Below, in pieces: positions 31,595 through 46,909 of a stretch of DNA of 64,000 nt. Origin of the DNA: the human T2T-CHM13v2.0 reference genome, Homo sapiens; NCBI RefSeq assembly GCF_009914755.1, contig NC_060947.1; one strand, 5' to 3'. The translations under genes and the position numbers were made by a program. The notes under the pieces are model-generated. The model ran no database searches, had not been told where the DNA came from, and saw nothing but the letters and a program-made list of their open reading frames with translations. Position 1 is the first letter of the stretch. The number at the start of each line of letters is the position of its first letter.

Positions 31595-32769
31595 AATTAG
31601 TGACAAACTTGGGAGGTATGGCCTCCCAATTGTGATTCTTAAACCTGAAAGAGTGAGAGTGATCCAAATTAACAGTGTATAGAAAAAAGGAGCCAGGGCC
31701 AGTCCTTGGGGCTGCTTATGTTTGGGGACCAGAGATAGGTAAAAGAATCAGTGAAGATAGTAAATAAGTTGAAATAAACCTCAATTTAATTAAACATGTC
31801 AACTCCCAGACTATTTTATTGCTTGGTACTTAAAACACACTCCCAAGAGGAAGATTAATTAATAAAGCTGCAGTGTGGGATAGCTATCCAGCTGGAAGCA
31901 GCACAGGCCCCTAACAAGGTTTGTTTTTGGCAAATTCCCATCTCCAGTCTTCTCTTCTCCCACAATAGGGTGAAGCATCCCATTCCTGCCTTATCCCCAG
32001 AAGGCCTGGCTTCCAGACATCTGTCTCAGAAAGAGGTATGAGGCAGAAGGTTCCACTAGGTAAATTGTTGATAAAAGCTCAAGTGCAATTCCTGCCCTAG
32101 GATTTGGACTTGAATAAAGGGACTCTCAAGACACTGAGGAATGACTCTCAATTCTGGAAAGTGTAGGCACTTGCAAAGGGGCAGAGAGTTGTGTGAGAAT
32201 ATGGAGGAGGAAGATTCTTGGATGGTCCCTCCAATCAGGCCAGTTGTATGTGCTACGTATGTAGGGGTTGGACCCACCCCCTTGTCCAGTGATCTTGGAG
32301 AAGTCACTTAAACGTTCTCTTTTGGTAACTCATCTGGAATTAGGGAATAAATTCTAAGCAACTTTTAAATAAGAAGCATAAAAGCATTTGAGTCTTCAGA
32401 TTTGCTTAATTGATCATTGCAGACGGTTGTGTCAATAACAATGACGTTTAGAGGAAAAGGTGAAATTGGTTTCTTTTTCTTTTCTTGGACTTAGCTCCAG
32501 GAGCAGGGAACAGGAAGCCATTCCCAGAAGTTGCTTTCCCCTCCCACCCCTGAGTACGTGGCAGGGCCAACAGATGTGGCTGAATGCCCAGGCCCAGGGC
32601 CATGAGTACTAACCTATGCCCTGGAAAGCAGGAAACACATTGTCTTCATGTACTCTGCAATTTGGGAGCAAACACCAGCAGCTCTTGCAGGGGGCCTTTG
32701 TGGGTCCAAATTCAATGGACTGTCTGCTCTCTCTCACCACTGCTCCACCTTTCATTTGTCTGAACGTGG

Positions 32770-32771
<2 letters not shown>

Positions 32772-32811
<40 letters not shown>

Positions 32812-32866
32812 CAAGCGCTTTTACTTTTCCTCACTCAACAACAATGCAGAAAACTTCTGTGACCAA

Positions 32867-32919
<53 letters not shown>
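32772..32919. repeat. (AC)19 and (TG)25 in inverted arrangement
   Basis: 32772-32809 and 32870-32919. Confidence 0.95.
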
Positions 32920-32920
<1 letters not shown>

Positions 32921-33648
32921 CGGGTGGGGGGGTGGGGCATTTCTCTACACATCAAGGAGCAGATCAGCTGCATGTCCTCTAATTCAGTTCTGACACTCTC
33001 TACCCAGAGAGTGTCAGATCCCACAGGTTGAGGGCTCAGTCCCCAAGACTGCCCCCACCCCCACTTCTGATACCAATTAAAAGCTGCAGGTTATTTTTCT
33101 TGTGCTTCTGACCGACTGGCTATAATCAGGTTGCCCACAATCCCCCTTTCTTGGGTTCAATTAATTTGCTGGAGTGGCTCACAGAACTCAGAAAAACACT
33201 TATGTTTACTCATGTATTATAAAAGATGTTACACAGGATACAGATGAAGAGATGTGTAGGGCGTGGTATGAGGGAAGGGGTGCAGAGCTTTGATACCCTC
33301 CCTGGGCACCACCCTCCAGGAACCTCTACGTGGTCAGCTATCTGGAAGCTCTCTGAATCCTGTCTTCTTGGGTTTTTCTAGAGGCTTTATTACTTAGGCG
33401 TGATTGATCAAACCATTGGCCATTGGTGATACACTCAACATCTCCTCTCCCTTCCCTGGAGGTTGGGAGTGGTGCTAAAAGTTAGTCTTTCTGGGTGACA
33501 AACCCCCATCCTGAAGCTGCCTAGGGGCTGCCTGCTATCAGTCAACTCATTAGGGTACAAAAAGACAACACTTTGGAATTTCTAAGGATTTTAGGATTTG
33601 TATGCCAGGAAACAGGGTCAAAGACCAAATATACATCACAATATCACA
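32820..33648 (-). mobile_element. MER21-family LTR
   Basis: Reverse complement begins TGTGATATTGTGATG..TTTGGTCTTTG; tcagatcccacaggttgagggctcagtcc. Confidence 0.75.
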
Positions 33649-34359
33649 ATTTGCTTGTTTTTTGTTTCAGCTTGGGATCAGCCTTATTTTTAATACACAG
33701 ATGCTCTCCTACACAGGAACCCCTTACTTATTAGGGACCTTTGAGATTCCTTTTCAGATCCCCCTGTTGCCATGGAATTGTAGCTGGAACATCCACTCCA
33801 CTTCCTACTGACTGGCTCCTGACATTTCTCAGTCCCCAAATATCTCACCTTCTCCCAACAGCCTGAATTTTTGTTTTCTTCACCCAGTTTCTGTTTGCAA
33901 TGGCATTTGTCAGATTTTCACATATCAACATCCTTCTTAATAATGAGAACCTTTTAGGCATTCACATTCTCATATAGATCCACTCAGTCAGATTGCTTTC
34001 CACTTAGCTGAAACCACCATATAGAGAAAAGGAAGCTTCTATTGCAGGAATCAGAAGACGAGATGATTCTAGAACATGAAATATTGGTAATGGCTCATCA
34101 GGATGGGGTGCTAGTGGGAGGGATAGGAAAGCCTGGGAGCCCTGGGAAACCTGATAATCCCAAAAGAAAGGCAATAGAACGTGGCAAAGGAGCATAGGAA
34201 AGGAGCTTGTTGACCCACACCTGCGCTGCACTATCTGTAAGAGTAGTTCTGCGACAGCACCATGCAGAGGAAACTCCTTTAGTCCACTTCTTCACCTGCT
34301 CCTCTTCCCCTTATTTTCTTCTTTTCCCTCTGCCTCAGTAGAGTGAGTCAAAGTGGAGT

Positions 34360-35070
34360 CCTCTGAAATGTACTTTGGCCCTAGAGTCCTATGGATCCGT
34401 GTTCACATTTTGAACAAGTTACTCAATCACTCTGAACCCTAGTGTGTACATCTACAAAACAGGGGATCTACCCTGAAGGGATGCTGTGAGAATTAGGTGG
34501 AATAATACATGTAAAGGCATCTGCACAAGTTAGTTTTTTTTCTTCTCTGAAAGCACTGACTGGAGCTGCTCAGGAAGTACCAACTGGTGCCAGTTCCCCA
34601 ATGAAGTATGTGTGTGATAAATTATCCTGCATATCTATATGCACACACCCCTATTCACTTAGCTTATCCAAAAAAACTAGAAGCAGCATAGAGGAACAAC
34701 ATTAGCAGACTTTGCTTGGGGGAAATCAGACCTTGGATTCCCCTGCCTCCCAACCCCCAACCTCACCAAATTAGTATATTATCAGGTTCCATCTAAGCGT
34801 GTACCCATGGCAAATGCACTGTTCACTGGTAGTTAATGGAAATAATGCCCATCCAATATGGGGCCACCAAAACCTTCATAATACAGTGCGGTTGCTGACC
34901 TGGAAATGATCTCAGCAAGCATCTGGCCCGCTAACCATCAAACCCTCCCACTTCCTTCTATATATAGGAAAATGGAGGCACAGAGAATTTAAGTGCTTTT
35001 AGAAGGTAATAGTTGAGAAAAAACTAGGACTAGAACTCAAGGCACCTTGACTCACAATCCAAACTATCTT
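34360..35070. mobile_element. MIR fragments (~34360-34530, ~34960-35070)
   Basis: caagttactcaatcactctgaacc..catctacaaaacaggg; ggaaaatggaggcacagaga. Confidence 0.55.
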
Positions 35071-36809
35071 TCTACCACTCCTGGCTGAGTTCATGAATGT
35101 AAAAAGAGACTGTTAAAAAAAAAAATTAAATATATAACACCTTGCAAGATGTTAACCGCCATTACTTATTGTTTTAATTATAAATTACCCATCTTTCTAG
35201 ATGCTTCTGCAGGGATCTTGACAAGTCATTTCTGATCCTGCCCTATGAAACAATCTCTCAGAGACTCAAGGAACTCCAGAGGCTACATCTGGAGGGATAT
35301 AAGGGGGAAACTGAGCAAAGAGGAGGCAGTGGAACATAATTTTGCAGGCAGAAATTTAAAAATATATGTTTAGTGCAAACTCTTCTAGTTCTGTGTGATT
35401 TTGTTTCTGTTTGTTTTAAACCAAGAAAAAACACCACATTCTTGATTGCAAGGAAGTTTTTACCAGAATAAGAGGCCATGAATTCCCATGAGCCACCCTG
35501 CCTAACAAAGCCAGAAGACCCCCTGGCTTAAAGGTTGCAAGTTAAAGATTACAGGTCAAAACATTTTAAAAGCAGCAACAATGCAAACTTTATATAACAA
35601 ATGACAAAGATATATAACGATATAATAATAATAAAGAAATAGCTATATAAAAAGAGCTAGGTAGATGATGGATAAATGGATGGGAAAGAAGGAAGGAAAG
35701 AGGGGAGGAAGGAGGGAGGGAAGGAAGAAAGAAAGAAGGTAAGAAGGAAATAGGCCTAAGTGCTGTAGTTGATCTCTGGTGGCAAGCAATTTTAGTTTTC
35801 CAACTTTTGCTTCTCTGCATTTTACAAATTCTCGTACGTTCTTAAACAACAACAACAATAACACCCACCCTAATGATCAATGTTATTTGCTAAAAGGGTT
35901 GACAATGACAAACACAAACCCCTTGAAATTTCCAGTTCTCCTTTCCAGTAAATCTGCTTTTGCATGGGCTCCTCCGCATTCCTCATTCACATCAAGGATT
36001 CAAGAAATTCCACTCAACTGAAGTCCAGATCACATCTAAGATTGATCGTTCCACATTTAAACCTTTCTCTGATCCCTTCAGTGACTTTGCCTCGCTTGAG
36101 AGAAAATGACAACCGACTCACTGTTTCATTTTCCCTTCCATTCAGCCAAGCAATCCAGGGCCCTATTCCGTCGTTTGCTTTTCATCCATAGGGCTTCCAA
36201 TTCACCCATGTGAAAACATCTTTGCAATTACAGCCTTCACTCAGTGTCCCCAGGTTAACTTCAGGACCCTGATTGAAGAATCTGAAACCACTTGACAAAC
36301 TAATTTGAATTGCAAACAGCTACCAACACAAATCCAAACCCTTTCTTTTAGCTCTGGGAAACTAGCTGTTTTGATGTGTTAATCATTTAGCTAGTAAGAT
36401 AACTTAGCTCATCGTTTTATCTACGAATTACTTAACAAAATTCCTTTTAGTACTCTGAAGGCTAAAATACTGTATATGATATATATCTCAGCTACTACAA
36501 AGTCATGAAATAATAAAAATAAGCTTTGACTCCAAAGAATGTGAAAACAGGAAAATAAAGGTTTTAGTGATACTGGGATCTAGTTTGTTTTAAAATCCAG
36601 ATGAAAGAAGGCTACTTATACTGGGAAAAATATGTTACCCAGCATGTTCTGGAAAATTCATTTTAGAGCCTTGGAAACATTTAGGTGGGATTGTAGGAAT
36701 CTCTGAGAAGTATGATCTGTATTTTTTTAAACTTCTCTAGAGTTTATGACATTTGTGTTTAATTTTGTTTGGTTTCAGAGACTGAAACATCAGCTATTTT
36801 AAATTTTTA

Positions 36810-38290
36810 AACACGTCTTTTTATCTCTGATATGTGCTAGGAACTGTGCTGTTATTACAGGGAAATTAACATTGAGTAAGACTTGGCACAGTGAATGGCA
36901 CATTGTAGAGAGAAAATAAATATTCAATTAATGAATCACAGAAATCTGATATTATTCATGTAAAACTGAAAGTGTTTCCTAACCGTATTTAGGAGTAAGA
37001 TTTTAAGATTTATGTACCAGGTTCCTGGAGGCCTAATGAGCCACATATATTCCTTGTAGAGGGTATTCTAACTACAGTGTTTGCTCAGCTGTGGGTTAAT
37101 GAATACGTATCTGTGAGAAGAGCTCTTAATGTTGTAGTGACAATATAAACAATAATACATCTGACATTTATCAAATGCTTACTTCTTGCAAGATGTTTCC
37201 CACTTATTATTTCACTTCATCCTCACCATCAGTATTTTTGTTGTTGTTGTTACAGATAAGGAAACTGTGGAACAGGTAGGTTAAGTGACTTCCCAGCACC
37301 CAGAGCTAGCAACTATTGAGGGCAGGAACCAAAACCAGGATTCAGATTTCGCAGCCAGGCCTCTAAGCTACTTTGTCTCTATTGTGTTTTTCCTATAACA
37401 ATGCAAGGGGGATTGATTTGAAAGGCAAATGTCCTGTGTGTCCCATGTGTCTGCAGCACCGTGTCTTTCTCCTATCATACACTGCTCTCAATTGCTTAAC
37501 TATGTGTAAATGTCTGCTTTATCCACTAGACAAGGCAGGGCACGCCTTGTGTCTGTCCCATCTTCCCTACATGCCACCCCTACCACTGGACCTGACACAT
37601 TGAAGATGCTCAGTGTATATTTATGGAACTGAATTTGTTTAAAAATCCATTAAATAGGAAAAGCAATAACATGTGCTATTGTACTGTCTGTCTCATTGGG
37701 TCGTGAGCGTCAAGGAGAAAAAAATCCATAATCCATATAGTAACATTTATTGAGGATGGGCTCTGTGCCCATTATCATGTGGCCTGCTTTACATATTAGC
37801 CTCAATTTAGACTTTTTGAGTATACGACTTAGATAACAAATCATGAAATGAGTGTCACGTGGAAAAGAACCCAGAGTCTCAAGCAGCCTGGGGACTGGTT
37901 GACCAGAAAGGCGGCCATTACAGTAATGCAAGGGATGGAAGATATGACCTAAGGAAGAACATGGAGAGAAGGGGGCTCATTCAAGCAATAATTCTGGAAG
38001 AATTTGGTGAATCCATTGAAAAGGGGAAGAGGAAAGTATCTAACATTACTTCAAGGTCTCTAGGGGGACACCTGGGTTAATGGTGGGCCATTTTCCTGAG
38101 AAGATTAGAAATAGGGTGAGAGGAGGGAGTTTGGGGATGGTGAGCACAGAGTGGCAGATGAGCTTGGGAGGCGTGTCTCTGGGAGTGATTATCCGCTGAA
38201 GAGGTGGAATGGCCAGAGGGCTGGGGATTAAGGGCCACATAGGCTATAGATTTAAAATTCTCCATCCCCAAATAGCACATATGTCAGAAA
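36810..38290. mobile_element. L2 and MIR fragments
   Basis: tgtgctaggaactgtgct; ttacagataaggaaactgtgg; ccactagac..cctgacacattgaagatgctcagt. Confidence 0.5.
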
Positions 38291-38335
38291 GTAAAAGGGC
38301 ATGGCTATTGAATCTTAGGATTTCCTTTGAGTTTT

Positions 38336-38648
<313 letters not shown>

Positions 38649-39164
38649 TGAGTTTTAACTCTCAATGACGCTAGGTAGGAAGCCAAACTAGATGCTAGAA
38701 GACAGTGTACTTTTACCAATTTTTGTTCAGAATGAGCTGCTTTCCATTTGCTCACCAAGCCACGCAAAAGCCTTCCCTGGCTTTGCCTGGCAAGTTTATG
38801 CAACTCCTTGAAAACATCCACTTTCCCAGATTTAAATAAAATTTCTCTCCCTGAGGGAAGGTAGAATTTTAACATCCTGAGGCTTGCCTGCTGGCTACTG
38901 TGTGTCCCTAGTAGGAGAAAGCCCCTTTGTTGCTGGGTTATGCTAGCTTGTAATTTGGACTTAAATTTAAAATTACAGTGTAGGTTGCAGCTGCAGCCTG
39001 GGGCTTTGTTCAGAGTCTGCTGCTTGGCCCTTTCCTCCATGACATCATCGCCTTTCTAATTACAGACAGCTTCACTTTTACTTAAGACAAGTGACACAAC
39101 AGAACAATGGGCATTGGCATCAGTGAGGCCTTAGTGTGAAGAAATCAACAGCTAGCCTTGGGTG

Positions 39165-39630
39165 AGCAGACTTCCTTATCCCACTGGAAACTCGCAGGAA
39201 AAAAAAAAGGTTTCCTTCTAGTTTAAAGGCAAAAAGTAGTTTTTTGACCCTCTCTGTGTATCTTCGTACATTCTGGCTTCCACTGGGGCAGAAACTTCCC
39301 TGAACTTTGCAAGGGCAGACAGCTGCTTTTCATTATGAAGAATACATCCCTGATGAAGGTGATAATGTTTCCAGCGGAGCCCGTTCTGAATGTCCTTCTG
39401 CATTGAACTTGTGAACCCTTCCACTTCCTGCTCTCAGAGGAAGTCTGCCCTCTGAAATGCTCTTATATTTCTCCTTTCTTTACCCAAACTTTTAGTTGAC
39501 TGTGGAGACTTTCCAGAGTTTACATTCTGGTCTCCACCTATCCCGCCCTCTCGGCAACCTAGAATGACAGCGTGGGGAAAACCCACTAGTTTCCGTGGTT
39601 TTTATATGAATTGTTAAAGCACACTTCCAA
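39165..39630. promoter_or_regulatory. Candidate ETS/NF-kB enhancer
   Basis: Clustered CACTTCCTG, GAGGAAGT, GGAGACTTTCC, CCCGCCC and GGGGAAAACCC in non-repeat DNA; motif evidence only. Confidence 0.35.
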
Positions 39631-39990
39631 ACAGAATAATGAGAGTTAGTTTAGGAAATATTTGCTTCTCCACTCTGACTTGAAAATCAATTATCACCCA
39701 ACAAGGATTTCAAATTATATCAATAGGAAGGAGAAGGGGATGTTTGAGATTAAATAAACACTTTGGTATTACGTATTAGGCAACTGGACTCGGGTACCAT
39801 TGTGTAAGGCTTTTTGGGAAGAGAGCAATTCAATTTTGTAGTTTAGTCATAACAATATTGAAAATGTAAGTTACTTCTTCTAAAGTTTAGCATAGACATG
39901 ACTATCTCCCTAGGATTTCTTTCTCTTATACTTTTGTGTCAGATCCCCTGAATCACTGATACCATATGCAGTGGTTTTAAAACACAGTTG

Positions 39991-40354
39991 TGTATTAATC
40001 TGTTCTCTCATTGCTATAAGGAACTACCTGAGACCCGGTAATTTATGAAGCGAAGAGGTTTAATTGACTCACGGTTCCACAGGCTGTACAGGAAGCATGG
40101 CTGGGGAGGCCTCAGGAAACTTACAAACATGGCAGAAGGTGAAGGCTTCACATGTACAGAGAAGAAGGAAGAGAGTGAAGGGGAAAGTGCTACACACTTT
40201 TAAACAACCAGATCTTGTGAGAACTCACTCACTATCACAAGAGCAACAAGTCTGCCCCCATGATCCAATCACCTCCCACCAGGCCCCTCCTCCAACATTA
40301 AGGATTGCAATTTGACATGAGATTTGGGCGGGGACACAGAGCCAAACCTTATTA
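39991..40354 (-). mobile_element. MSTA MaLR solo LTR
   Basis: ggttccacaggctgtacaggaagcatggctgg; TSD (a/g)gttg. Confidence 0.85.
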
Positions 40355-40617
40355 GGTTGCAAATTCTGTGACAATTTTTTCATCAATAATGGTGTCTATG
40401 TCCTGTCCTCTTGAATCAGGTGGGCTTGTGACAGCTTTAAACAATAGAGGAGGCAGAAGTGATGTTATGTAAATTCTGAGGCTAGGTAATAAAAAGCTCT
40501 GAAGCTCTGTCTTGTTAATTGGGGACATTTGCTCTGAGAGACCTAAGCTACCATGTAAGAAGTCCAATCACCCTGAGATCACCATGTTGGAAGAACACAT
40601 GTATAACATATGCCAAT

Positions 40618-40676
40618 GTTCCAGTAGACAGTTCCAGTAGACAGTCCCAGTAGACAGTAGACAGTTCCAGTAGACA
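40618..40676. repeat. 13-bp minisatellite (GTTCCAGTAGACA) x~4.5
   Basis: Direct reading. Confidence 0.9.
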
Positions 40677-40929
40677 GCCCCTTCAGCCATGGTGACCCAG
40701 GTGTCATATATGTGGATAAAGAACCCATCACAGAAATAGATTCTCTGGCTCCAGCTATTCCAGCCTCCAGCCATTTGAGTTACTGCTGGTCATTTAAATT
40801 ATCCCAGCTGAGACCCAAGATATCATGGAGGAGAAAAGAGCCATCCTTGCTCTGCTGTTTTTGGATTCCTGACCACATAATAATTTTTTTCATGGTCCTA
40901 CTTCTTGGGATATATAACCAACAAATCAC

Positions 40930-42450
<1,521 letters not shown>

Positions 42451-42469
42451 CAGTTACCACTCCACAATT

Positions 42470-42880
42470 TGTATTGGTGAGCTATTGCTATAGCCACAAA
42501 TGCCCCCCAAATCTCCATGGCTTACGACAGCACTGATCTTTTGTTTAAGTTACATGACAGCTGTTGCTCCTCTAGGCTCCATTGGGCCTGGCTCCACATG
42601 ACTTTGCATTCTGGCTTTCTAGCTTGAGAGCAGACATCATCTGGGGAAGTTTATTCTCCTGGTGAAGGACAGAAGCACAATGAAAAGAACTGAACCACAG
42701 AAGTGCATTAATGCTTCTGCTCAGACATGTCTTATGTAGTATTTGCTCACACTCCATTGGCCAAAGCAAGTCAAATGGCCATGCCCAAAGTACATGGGGT
42801 GGAGAAGTAATTCCACCTATAGGAAAGCAGAACAAGTATTGGCAGGGAAGAAATGATTATGAACAAATAATAAAATCTCT
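42470..42880 (-). mobile_element. MLT1J/K-like LTR
   Basis: ccattggccaaagcaagtcaaatggcc motif. Confidence 0.6.
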
Positions 42881-44235
42881 CATGGTATCTCATGCTGACT
42901 GGTTTCATTTCTCCTGTTCTCTCTATCGTGTAAAGTTATACTGTTTTCATTTTTTAATATAATTTTCATGGGTTTATGGGAGGAGGATCAGAAATCATTG
43001 TGCGTGTTCAGTCTTTAATATTTAACTAAAAGTCTGCTGTTAACTTAAATTCTAGGTGATATTTATATTGTTGGACCAAACTTAGCATTTGCCAGAAATA
43101 ACTCTTGTATAAAAAAGGAAGATGCCAGAATCAACACTCAGATTTGTTTGCTTGAAATTCAGAAAAAAAAAAAAAAATGCATGTGAAACTAAGGAGAGTA
43201 CTCACCTGAGGATGGAGGTGGGTGGTAGGAACCAGGATATGGCATACAGGAATGCCAGGAAGATTTGTACTGTATAATAGTTACACATTCTTTTTTGTGT
43301 AATACGCAGACGTATTACCAAAAAGTTACATTCGCCAGTAAATTTTAGCTATGGTAAACCTTAGAAGAATTAACTTTATTTTTAAAATATTGTTAGGAAA
43401 TTCAGGCCAAGAGAAGCAAACCTTTCCGAAACTAACTCTCATTACTCTGTCTGGAAGTATGCTTGAAAAATTAATATATTTCCATTTTTCAAAATGAGAA
43501 AAAGAAACTCAGAAAAAGGAAAAATAAAAACCTGCTTTGTTCTATCCAGTACATTAGCAGAAAGCACTGGAACACAAATGGAAATTGGTAAAAGATTCAC
43601 TTCAAATGTCACATTTCTGGAGATCTTAACCCACCCCTACCCACTCCTGCCCCAGGAGAACTAATATTTTGTGTCTCTGTGTCAGGCAAAGCTTTGTTTG
43701 TGTTTTCACCATGGCACTCATAAATCTGTAATGCAATCATTGATCTATGTGTCTCTCTCCTCCACTAGACTGGGTTTCCTATAGCTTTGTAATCTTAGGA
43801 CCTACCTTGGTGCCTGGCACTTAGTCAAGTGTCAATGAGTTGTTAATGAATTAATGTACACTATTTTTCTTCAGAATCTAGTGTAGTAACATGAGTAAAA
43901 TACTAGCAAAACAAACTACTCTCTTTTTATTTCAGGACGCTCTAAATTCCAGTGCTGATATTTGTGAAAATTTCATTTCTCTTACTTATTTTCTTTTTTT
44001 CTTCCTTAACTGTTTTTGTCTTCTCTGAACAACCACAAGAAATAAATGTCATTGATGCATTAGTGTTTTCCAAGATGAAAGCTTTTTTTTAGAATGTAAA
44101 AACAATATGTATTTATTGAATAATACAAAACAAAATGTTAAAACAGGAGAAAGTATATGAAGTGGAATGTGAATAACCATGCAATAACATATCCCAGGGA
44201 CAACAGCTATTAACAGATATGAAGACAATTGCAAT

Positions 44236-44238
<3 letters not shown>

Positions 44239-44275
<37 letters not shown>
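44239..44275. repeat. (CA)n microsatellite
   Basis: Direct reading. Confidence 0.95.
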
Positions 44276-44278
<3 letters not shown>

Positions 44279-45595
44279 CACACAAACACACAGTAAAAAT
44301 TAGGAAATAAAAATATAGCCATTAAAATAAACAGTTGATAGATGTACTGGCCTTCTGATTAAATGTGATAGATTGAACACCCACATTTATGTCTACTCCT
44401 CACAAAATCCTACTAAGATGGAACTCAAAAGATTATTTGTTTAAAGGTATAGAACTATAAGATAGAATGGGGGAAAAAAGATGATAGTAAATTAAAAGAT
44501 GATAGTAAATTTTGGAAAGTGGACAATGGTTACACGAGTGGAAACTGACCTAAAAGACTTGAAAGCTGAAATCTAAGTTAGTGGTGGTAGAAATCTCCAA
44601 GGAACATGATTCCCATGCGAAACTCCAGACAGGCTCTCACTAGTTGGTGAAGCTGCCCATTCCTTTAGAGACCGCTTTGATCCTCAGGTTAAATTTACAA
44701 ACCATATATTTCATTAATTACCGAAACATGAGAACATTCTCATTTTGGATAATAAACACCACCATCTCATTACGCTAAAGAATTTTCAAAGTTTTCGGAA
44801 GCACTAATGAGTCTAAAATGATGACAGATAAAAACTTTTGAATGTTTTGAATGTTAAGATGCTACTTCTGTCTGTATAAAAAGTTGGTCACAGTCAACTT
44901 CTCTTCAGCCACTTTCCCCTTAACCAACTGGTTTCCCTCTATCCTCATCAGTTTTTGAATTATCTATAAGCTAGGTGCAAATGTAGAATTACTATTCAAT
45001 AAATTCCATAAGGAAGTATTATATCCAGTCTATTTTACATTCTAGTATATTTCCATCTGGTTGGGCCCAGACCATAGTCCATTCTGTTTTTAGAAAGTGA
45101 AATTCTCTCACTCCCTTAATTATGGATCCAGCCTCATTCATTAGATAACCCTTTTTCATTCTTTGCCTATTTCTTCCTTTGGATTAGAAGCCTGGATTTC
45201 TCAGTTCATAATTTTCCGTGAAGAACAGGCAGACTTTAGGAATTTCTGTCTGTAATTGACAATTGTTACAGCCCTAGCACTTTGAGAGAAATGTGTGAAG
45301 AAAAACATTCATTTGTCTGCAGCTTTCTTTGGTCATTTCTCAGCCTTTGCTTCTATGGATGGAAATCAGTTAAGTGCTAAATTATACCAATTACTCATGC
45401 AAAACCTACATTTGTGTAATCTTGAAGGTCAAGCTCGGCACAAAAAGTTCCCTAAAAGAGCAAATAATACTTATCTTGTAGGGTTGCCCTGAACATTAAG
45501 TGGCCCATATTTGAGTTTTGGCTATTCATTTATCTGTAGTTTGGAATAGTCCAGAACCGTTTCTTAAGGGAGCTACTGATCCCTTTCCATGGAAG

Positions 45596-46098
45596 CGATA
45601 GTTAATTTTATGTGTCAACTTGACCGGGTTAAGGATGCCCAGAAATGCTGGCAAAACATTATTTCTGACTGTGTCTGTGAGGAAGATTCTGGAAGAGCTT
45701 AGCATTTGAATCAGTAGGCTGAGCAAAGAAGATCCACCCTCACCAATGTGGGTGGGCACCACCCAATTCATTAAGGGCTTGGATAGAACCAAAAGGCAGA
45801 GGAAGGTCTAGTTTGCTCTCACTTCTTGAGCTAAGGCATCCATCTTCTTGTGTCCCTGGTTCTCAGGCTCTCAGATTCCAGGACTTACACCAGTGCCCCA
45901 CTCCCCCAACTCCCACCCTACTCCCCACTCCACCCCTGGTTCTCAGGCCTTTAGACTCAACTGAATCACACCACTGGCTTTCCTAGTTCTCCAGCTTACA
46001 GACAGCAGATCATAGGACTTCTCAACCTCCATTGTCATGTGAGCTGATTCCCATAATACATTTCCTCTTATGTGTCTATATACATCCTACTTGGTTTG
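45596..46098 (+). mobile_element. MLT2 (ERVL) LTR
   Basis: gatagttaattttatgtgtcaacttgac..gaagatccaccctcaccaatgtgggtgggcacc. Confidence 0.8.
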
Positions 46099-46189
46099 CC
46101 TTCCACATGTGATGGCTGTGTGGACCTTCATCCAAACACCTGTCTTGGACTGGCATTTTTAAATTTCCTAAGATGAACTTAACATTACC

Positions 46190-46607
46190 TATCTTAAGCA
46201 GTTTTCTGTTGCTTATAACAGAATACCTGAAACTGGGTAGTTGATAAAGAAGAGGAATTTATTTGTTACAGTTAAGGAAGCTGAGAAGTTCAAGGTGGAG
46301 GGGTCACATCTGGTGAGAGGCTTCTTGCTGGTGTAGACTCTGCAGAGTTCTGAGGTGGTTCAAGACATCACATGGCGAGGGGGCTGAGCATGCTAGCTCG
46401 GGTCTCTCTTCCTCTTCTTATAAAGCCACCACTCCCCACTGCCATGATAACCCATTAATCCATTAACCCATTAATGTATTAATTCATGAATCAGCTCTGT
46501 GCCCTCTGACCCAATCACCACTTAAATGCCCCACCTCTCAATACTGCCATATTGAAGGTTAAATTTCAACATGGGTTTTGGAGGGGACAAATATTCAAAC
46601 CATAGCA
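46190..46607 (-). mobile_element. MSTB-like MaLR LTR
   Basis: ataacagaatacctgaaactggg..ggggacaaatattcaaaccatagca; TSD (t/c)tacc. Confidence 0.8.
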
Positions 46608-46767
46608 CTACCCTATCCTTTTGATGGTTGAAACATATGGATCTTTCCCTAATTGGCAACAGAAAATGTCTGGCACTGTGTTCACAATCTGCTCTGCAAA
46701 TCTTGTCGAAAGCACATTTTACAAGAAATAATATTTTTGGAGCACTGCTTAAGAGAAATGAAGTCCA

Positions 46768-46909
46768 ATCCCAGCACTTTGGGAGGCCAAGGCAGGAGGA
46801 TTGCTTGAAGCCAGGAGTTTGAGACCAGCCTGGATGACATACGCCATAGTGAGACCCTGTCTCAAGCTAAAAAAAAAAAAAAAAAAGAAAGAAAGAAAAG
46901 AAAAGACAT
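46768..46909 (+). mobile_element. 5'-truncated FLAM/Alu monomer
   Basis: TSD aaatgaagtcca; A/GAAA tail. Confidence 0.8.

Larger units (their letters stand above)
39968..40925 (+). mobile_element. MLT1G/H-like LTR, split by MSTA
   Basis: ctcttgaatcaggtgggcttgtgac..ctgaggctagg..catgtaagaagtcc..ccctgagatcaccatgttgg. Confidence 0.65.

Noticed and set aside
40618-40676. CRISPR-like repeat array
   Set aside because: Tandem 13-mers with no spacers and no cas genes, in eukaryotic DNA.
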